IMG/VR virus record: IMGVR_UViG_3300037780_000019
Coordinates: 1 to 37,867 of that record
Reading direction: 5' to 3' (one strand)
Source of the DNA: a virus
Lineage: Duplodnaviria; Caudoviricetes
Length of the DNA stretch: 37,867 nucleotides
In this document: piece after piece, positions 33,610 to 37,867 of the stretch
Layout: each line of letters opens with the position of its first letter
Position numbering within the stretch: the first letter of the stretch is position 1
The notes under the pieces: generated by a model
Told to the model about the DNA's origin: nothing
Databases searched by the model: none
Seen by the model: only the letters and a program-made list of their open reading frames with translations
Position numbers and translations under genes: made by a program

Positions 33610-34150
33610 GGCAAGTCCAATGGTCTTGCCACGAGATCGCGAGCGGCGTGGAAAGCAGACACGCACGAAAAAGCAGCACCGGATAGTGGTCGGGTCGGCG
33701 TCAGGGAAACCAAGTCGGCGGAGGACGCTCCTCGGAAGGCCGGTTAGCGGGAGTAGCGCCCCGCCTCGCGACACTTAGGAGACAGGCCATGTGCCTTGAG
33801 ATGAAACACGGAGACGCGGGAAGCGCGGGTTAGGTGACGTCAACCGGCCCGTTTTCAGGGGTGCGAATGGCGTTAAACCCATGCCCCGCAACGGTTTAAG
33901 CCTGACGTCGGAAGTGAGGAAGTGCAGCCCGCCATATCGGCAATCTTGGCTATCACGCGGAAGCCTGAGGGGCCTTGTCACCAAGCAAGGACTGCCTGAA
34001 TTTTCTAGCATGCAGGCCGGTGGCGATCAAGGAATCGGGTTAGGAATACATGGGTGTGGCAAGAAATGCGCACACCAGCCGCCGGGTAAGGCGCGTTGCC
34101 CCCGGCGGGAAAATCAGGGAGCCGTCATCTTCGGATGACGGCTTCTTTTG
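33610..34150 (+). ncRNA. Candidate large structured non-coding RNA (~540 nt) with a tRNA-like 5' domain
   Basis: Own promoter and terminator, no convincing CDS, and about ten complementary segment pairs including nested long-range helices (see findings). Confidence 0.6.
34120..34150 (+). terminator. Intrinsic terminator ending the ncRNA/rightward transcription
   Basis: AGCCGTCATC-TTCG-GATGACGGCT followed by TCTTTTG; sits between convergent transcription units. Confidence 0.85.
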
Positions 34151-34160
34151 TGGTTGACAG

Positions 34161-34676
34161 TCAGCGCCGGAGGTCCTTTTCCTTCGAGCCGCGCGAGGAC
34201 CCGAATTCAAACTGGAACGCATCCCCGATCATCTTGAGGATCGCCCCGATGGCCATGTTGAAGATAGCCAGGATTTCGCCGGGCAGATCGAGCCGCGACT
34301 GATAGATCGCCCATACGATTGCGCAGAGGCACCCGAAGGCAAGCGTGAGCATGATGTCGGCGCGGTAGTTGTGATACCCGGCTTGCCGCATCTTCACGTC
34401 GCGGTCGCGGGCGTTTTGCCGGTCAGCCAGATAGGCTTTCTCCAACTCTGCGTCGAGCGATGCCATTCTGTTCTGGAACCGCAGCACCGCCTCCGGATCG
34501 GCTTTCACCGCCTCCACGGCCTTCTGGGGATCGGCTTCGCCCGTCACAGCCTTGGCAACATCGACGACCTTCTCGGCCACGTCGGCCGCATTGTCTCCGG
34601 CGAAATGACGGACGATGCCCGGCGCGAATTCCGAGACCAACGTCATGGCGAGCGGGATCAGCGGGAAAGCTACCAT
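34161..34676 (-). CDS. Putative holin
   Basis: Two C-terminal transmembrane helices; DRQNARDR and FEFGSSRGSKEKD motifs; follows the endolysin. Confidence 0.7.
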   Translation of the reverse strand: MVAFPLIPLAMTLVSEFAPGIVRHFAGDNAADVAEKVVDVAKAVTGEADPQKAVEAVKADPEAVLRFQNRMASLDAELEKAYLADRQNARDRDVKMRQAGYHNYRADIMLTLAFGCLCAIVWAIYQSRLDLPGEILAIFNMAIGAILKMIGDAFQFEFGSSRGSKEKDLRR

Positions 34677-34679
34677 GGT

Positions 34680-35057
34680 TCAATACTTCCAGACTGCGGG
34701 CCGCGCTGCATACGCGTGGCCGATGTCGATATGGATGAAGGTCTGGGCGACACCGATGCCCATGTCCATGCCGAGGCTTCTCTCGGCAAGGGCTGCCTCG
34801 ATGATCTCGAAACCCTCCATGCCGTTGGAAATGGCAAAGTCCACCGCCAGCCCCTGATTGTGTGCGCCGGGGTTTGCCTTCTTTCGTTCCTCGGGATGCG
34901 ACCGGTCACGCCAGCCGGAGGTCACCTTGAGCGGCCTTTCAAGCCGGGTGCGGATCCGCTGGAAAAACTCCATCGCCTCGGGCTGCATGTGACAGCCGCC
35001 GGTATGCGAGCAGGCGAATTCACTCTCGGAGAAATTCGGGTATTTCGACCAGTCCAT
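34680..35057 (-). CDS. Endolysin, peptidase M15 family
   Basis: NFSESEFACS...VTSGWR...AHNQGLAVD...FIHID zinc ligands; GGAGG RBS. Confidence 0.88.
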   Translation of the reverse strand: MDWSKYPNFSESEFACSHTGGCHMQPEAMEFFQRIRTRLERPLKVTSGWRDRSHPEERKKANPGAHNQGLAVDFAISNGMEGFEIIEAALAERSLGMDMGIGVAQTFIHIDIGHAYAARPAVWKY

Positions 35058-35058
35058 T

Positions 35059-35262
35059 TCAGGCCTCCTTGGTCTCTTGGCAAAAGGTGGTGATCTGCGT
35101 TTCAACGTCGGGGAACTCGTGCCATCCCATCGACCGGGCGAGCGGCATCAGGGTCATGGCAATCAGGCGGCACTGCCCTTCCGTGCTGACCGGCCCGGAA
35201 CCGACGGCAACGCAATCCGTCGTGTTGAGGACACAGATCAGCAGGATGGCAGAAAGCATCAC
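35059..35262 (-). CDS. Small Cys-containing exported protein in the lysis cassette
   Basis: Hydrophobic N-terminus, four Cys, GTGA coupling. Confidence 0.55.
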   Translation of the reverse strand: MMLSAILLICVLNTTDCVAVGSGPVSTEGQCRLIAMTLMPLARSMGWHEFPDVETQITTFCQETKEA

Positions 35263-35501
35263 TTCTCCCCGAGCCGGGCGCGCAGTTCGGCCTTCTCGCG
35301 CTCACAATCGGTCTGGCAGTGAATCAGCGCATCGCGCAGTTCTTTCACTTCGCCGCGCAGCCACTGCATCGTTTCCATGATGCCGTTCCTGGTATCGGGC
35401 TTGTCCTTGGCCTGCTTGCCAATGCGATGCAGGAGCCAGAGGACGACAGGACCGACTACAGCCGTGACGAGTGCGACTTGTACGTCTGGCGCGATTTCCA
35501 T
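35259..35501 (-). CDS. Single-TM plus coiled-coil protein (lysis module)
   Basis: GGAGG RBS before ATG 35501; N-terminal TM helix, C-terminal coiled coil. Confidence 0.65.
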   Translation of the reverse strand: MEIAPDVQVALVTAVVGPVVLWLLHRIGKQAKDKPDTRNGIMETMQWLRGEVKELRDALIHCQTDCEREKAELRARLGEK

Positions 35502-35893
35502 TCCGGACCTCCGTATGCAGGGACATATCGCGTTGCCCATATCGAACAGATCATGATTGCAGTGTATGTCGTGTCGCCGGTGGTGAAGGCCCCGGACGAG
35601 TAGAAGACCCCTGCCAGAACCATCCACCAGACAGATGAGGCGTAAGAGCCAATGAATTCGCACCATTGCCGAAGATAGGGCCCAAGATGGTCGCCGGGCA
35701 GGCCAGCTACCTGCATGGCTCCAACAGCAGCCGATGTGAGTGCCCAGACCCACGAAGGCATGATGTTTTCCATCGCCATGTGCGACTGGCTGGTGAAGAC
35801 GATGTTGGGATTCAACGTCAGCGCAACCACCCATCCCAGGTGAAGGAGCGCGGAAACGAAATGGACCGTGTGCCGGTCGAGATAGAATTTCAT
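35456..35893 (-). CDS. Multi-TM membrane protein (lysis module)
   Basis: About four hydrophobic segments; ATGA coupling. Confidence 0.65.
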   Translation of the reverse strand: MKFYLDRHTVHFVSALLHLGWVVALTLNPNIVFTSQSHMAMENIMPSWVWALTSAAVGAMQVAGLPGDHLGPYLRQWCEFIGSYASSVWWMVLAGVFYSSGAFTTGDTTYTAIMICSIWATRYVPAYGGPEWKSRQTYKSHSSRL

Positions 35894-36030
35894 GATTTCT
35901 TCGCCTTCTTCTTCAGCGCCTTGAATGCCTCGGTCTCGGCATCACCCTTGCGGATCGCCTCAACCTCTTTGACAAGCGCCTCAAGGTCACCCTTGGCGAC
36001 CGCCGGCCGCTTCCATCGTTTCGCGCTCAT
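35890..36030 (-). CDS. 46-aa basic protein after the tail fibre
   Basis: GAGGT RBS; MSAKRWKRP...KKKAKKS; stop overlaps the next ATG. Confidence 0.55.
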   Translation of the reverse strand: MSAKRWKRPAVAKGDLEALVKEVEAIRKGDAETEAFKALKKKAKKS

Positions 36031-36038
36031 GACTCACC

Positions 36039-37688
36039 TCATGCCCATTGTTCGACTGTCCCGTGGATCTGGATCGACTTCGTGTTCGCCGTCCTGATCC
36101 GGTAACGCATGTCTGTTCCGGAAGGCTGAGCGGAGATATCGATCTCGTTGTCCTCGTAAGCGATGGTCCCGTCGGCCAGCGTCTGGACAGCCACCAGCGT
36201 TGCCGTTGTCCATGTCGAGCCGTCATCCCGGCTGACATCGGCCAGCAAATCCGTGTTGATCGTGATGGCTTCCTGCGGGGCTGCCTGAACATGAATGCGG
36301 GCGATGTCCGGCTCGCTGTCCGCCGTGAAGGCTTCGGAGACGATGGTCATGTCGGAAATGACTTCGGCATAGATCGCCTGACAGAACCGGGAATAGTTCG
36401 ACGCGGCGGTGTAGGTCTCGCCGGTACCGGTGGCGTCTCCCGAGTAGTAGGAAACGTCATGCGTTGCGTTGACGCGGTTCATGTTCGACGCGGAGTAGCT
36501 GCCGAGCCGATAGGTACCGGACCCGGGGATCGCATATGGCGTCGTCAGGTTGAACGTCTCCCACCCCGAACCGGTATGCGAGAAGGATTCGTCGTAGACT
36601 ACGTCAATGTCGGTGGAAGAGTTTTCCAGTCCGATCTTGGCCTTTACCGTGACGGCGGAAGCGCTGTAGATCGCTACCTGAGAGACGGTCTTGCCATTGG
36701 TCAGCGAGAAGGTCCGGTCGAACATCGTAGTCCCGCCCGACCCCGAGACGCCCGGCGTCGTATGCCCGCCGTCCGACGTGCCGCCTCCGGTGAGGTTATG
36801 GTAATAATCGTTCGTCGCGTCGTAGTTCTGGTTCGTGGATGCGCTCGTATCCACGTCGGTTTCATCCTCGTAGGCATCGGCAATGCCGTCGCTCATGTTG
36901 AGCCGGTCTCTGGACAGTTCTGCCAGCAGGAGGAAGGCGAGCCGCATGTCGGTTTCAGTGGCGTTGGCAGGTGTGGCTGCCGTCCATGTAGAGCCGGAGA
37001 AGGTGAGCACCTGGCCGTCTGTGGGGGTAAGCGCCGCAATGGCCGTCAGGTCACTATCGAGGGGTTGAGCGCCAAGCCCGGTCAGCGTGGCCGCTGCCGT
37101 CCGGTTCACCCACCCCGTGCCGTCGTAATAAATCGTGTCTCCGCTTGCGACACCTGAAAACACGGCATCCAGAGACCCCTCGATGTTTGCAACGGTGGCC
37201 ACCTCCAGAGCAGTTCCGGCGCTGTTCCATTTCACGACAGCATTTGCCACCGCCTCCGGAAACGTGATGCCCGTCAGCGTCGAGGAGATCGGCAGTTTAA
37301 TCGACCGGTCGAGTTCCTCGGTCTGCTGCTGGTTGATCATCGTCAGCTTGTCGAGGGCGCGTTCATGCGCTTCCGCCGTGAAAGCATCGTTCTCGACGTA
37401 ATCGGTTTCCTGCGTGATATCGACATACCGCAGGATAACGACACGCTCGCTGGCCGCCGGGGTGTAGTCCGTCGGTGTCGTCTTGACCGTGATCGAGCCG
37501 CCCGCCGGATCACCTGCCCCGGAGACCGTGTAATGCGTGTTCAGCGTCCACGTTGTCTCGACGCCGTCCACATCCCGGTGAACGACAAGCAGGTCGCTGT
37601 CATTCAGGAAGTAGAACGGGACCGCAAAGGTAACAGTGGACCCGTCCCCCGAGTAACTGGCCCGGGAGGTATCGCTGGAAACAGTCAT
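36039..37688 (-). CDS. Tail fibre / receptor-binding protein, 549 aa
   Basis: T7 gp17-like N-terminal anchor (YSGDGSTVTFAVPF...HERALDKLTM), AQPLDSDLTAIAAL linker and Thr/Ser/Gly-rich beta C-terminus. Confidence 0.85.
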   Translation of the reverse strand: MTVSSDTSRASYSGDGSTVTFAVPFYFLNDSDLLVVHRDVDGVETTWTLNTHYTVSGAGDPAGGSITVKTTPTDYTPAASERVVILRYVDITQETDYVENDAFTAEAHERALDKLTMINQQQTEELDRSIKLPISSTLTGITFPEAVANAVVKWNSAGTALEVATVANIEGSLDAVFSGVASGDTIYYDGTGWVNRTAAATLTGLGAQPLDSDLTAIAALTPTDGQVLTFSGSTWTAATPANATETDMRLAFLLLAELSRDRLNMSDGIADAYEDETDVDTSASTNQNYDATNDYYHNLTGGGTSDGGHTTPGVSGSGGTTMFDRTFSLTNGKTVSQVAIYSASAVTVKAKIGLENSSTDIDVVYDESFSHTGSGWETFNLTTPYAIPGSGTYRLGSYSASNMNRVNATHDVSYYSGDATGTGETYTAASNYSRFCQAIYAEVISDMTIVSEAFTADSEPDIARIHVQAAPQEAITINTDLLADVSRDDGSTWTTATLVAVQTLADGTIAYEDNEIDISAQPSGTDMRYRIRTANTKSIQIHGTVEQWA

Positions 37689-37699
37689 GTCTGATCGTC

Positions 37700-37867
37700 C
37701 TAGTTTACGCCGAATGCGTCGTTGATGCCGTCCTCGGCTTTATCGAGAACATCGCGGAGATAGAGCAGGTTTTGGTACGGAATGAGCCGCCGAAGTGCGC
37801 GGGTGTCCTGCTCCTGCCAGTCACCGGCAAAGGCCGCGCCCGTGGTCTGCACGAAGTCCTGCGTCAG
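37700..37867 (-). CDS. C-terminal end of the origin-spanning internal virion protein (start at 3010)
   Basis: The frame from 3010 continues through the circular junction to TAG at 37700-37702. Confidence 0.8.
   Translation of the reverse strand: MTQDFVQTTGAAFAGDWQEQDTRALRRLIPYQNLLYLRDVLDKAEDGINDAFGVN
37741..37867. repeat. 127-bp terminal direct repeat (copy 2)
   Basis: Identical to 1-127. Confidence 0.95.

Noticed and set aside
33637-33771. Canonical tRNA or tmRNA gene
   Set aside because: No TTCRA T-loop, anticodon arm, CCA end or tag reading frame; kept only as a tRNA-like domain.
33910-34143. RNase P RNA or group I/II intron (GAGGAAGTGCAGCCC; GAGCCG at the final hairpin)
   Set aside because: No matching RNase P P4 3' strand or group I core motifs, and the final hairpin is a perfect UUCG terminator rather than a bulged domain V.
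33551-34302. Short ORFs over the ncRNA region (33551-33778, 33775-34011, 33881-34138, 34040-34222, 34096-34302)
   Set aside because: Arg/Pro/Ser-rich, no convincing RBS or coupling, and some cross the promoter or terminator; a micropeptide cannot be fully excluded.
35059-35501. Rz/Rz1 spanin pair
   Set aside because: No clear lipobox in the small Cys protein and the gene order is atypical; left as unassigned lysis-module proteins.
36039-37688. Diversity-generating retroelement, since the structural module is BPP-1-like
   Set aside because: No reverse transcriptase or Avd-like ORF, and no TR/VR repeat of the tail-fibre 3' end was seen.

Overview
The window is a complete temperate podovirus genome of 37,740 bp. 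Bases 1-127 repeat exactly at 37741-37867, which looks like an assembly circularisation overlap. The architecture is BPP-1/epsilon15-like, and the host is almost certainly an alphaproteobacterium (GapR/DUF2312, DUF6362-like and DUF2927-like genes). The minus strand carries cro, GapR, a cupin, RusA, a C5 DNA methyltransferase, replication genes, a late regulator, terS/terL, a GNAT, portal, scaffold, capsid, T7-like tail adaptor and nozzle, three internal virion proteins (the largest spans the origin and is missing from the ORF track), a tail fibre and a lysis cassette. The plus strand carries an S24 cI repressor, a RecE/RecT-like pair, many small early genes, xis/int with an intact attP, and a second run of small accessory genes. 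Best leads: (1) a ~540-nt apparently non-coding locus (33605-34150) with its own sigma70 promoter and terminator, predicted to fold into a tRNA-elbow-like domain plus a nested, possibly pseudoknotted second domain, i.e. a candidate large structured phage ncRNA; (2) small accessory genes each bracketed by 11-25 bp direct repeats of the RBS/start junction, suggesting cassette-like gene exchange; (3) a two-subunit methyltransferase whose second subunit is encoded out of frame inside the first; (4) a two-gene exported-protein moron with a leaderless promoter and terminator, placed just before the portal. Family assignments come from motif recognition by eye; no database searches or folding programs were run.
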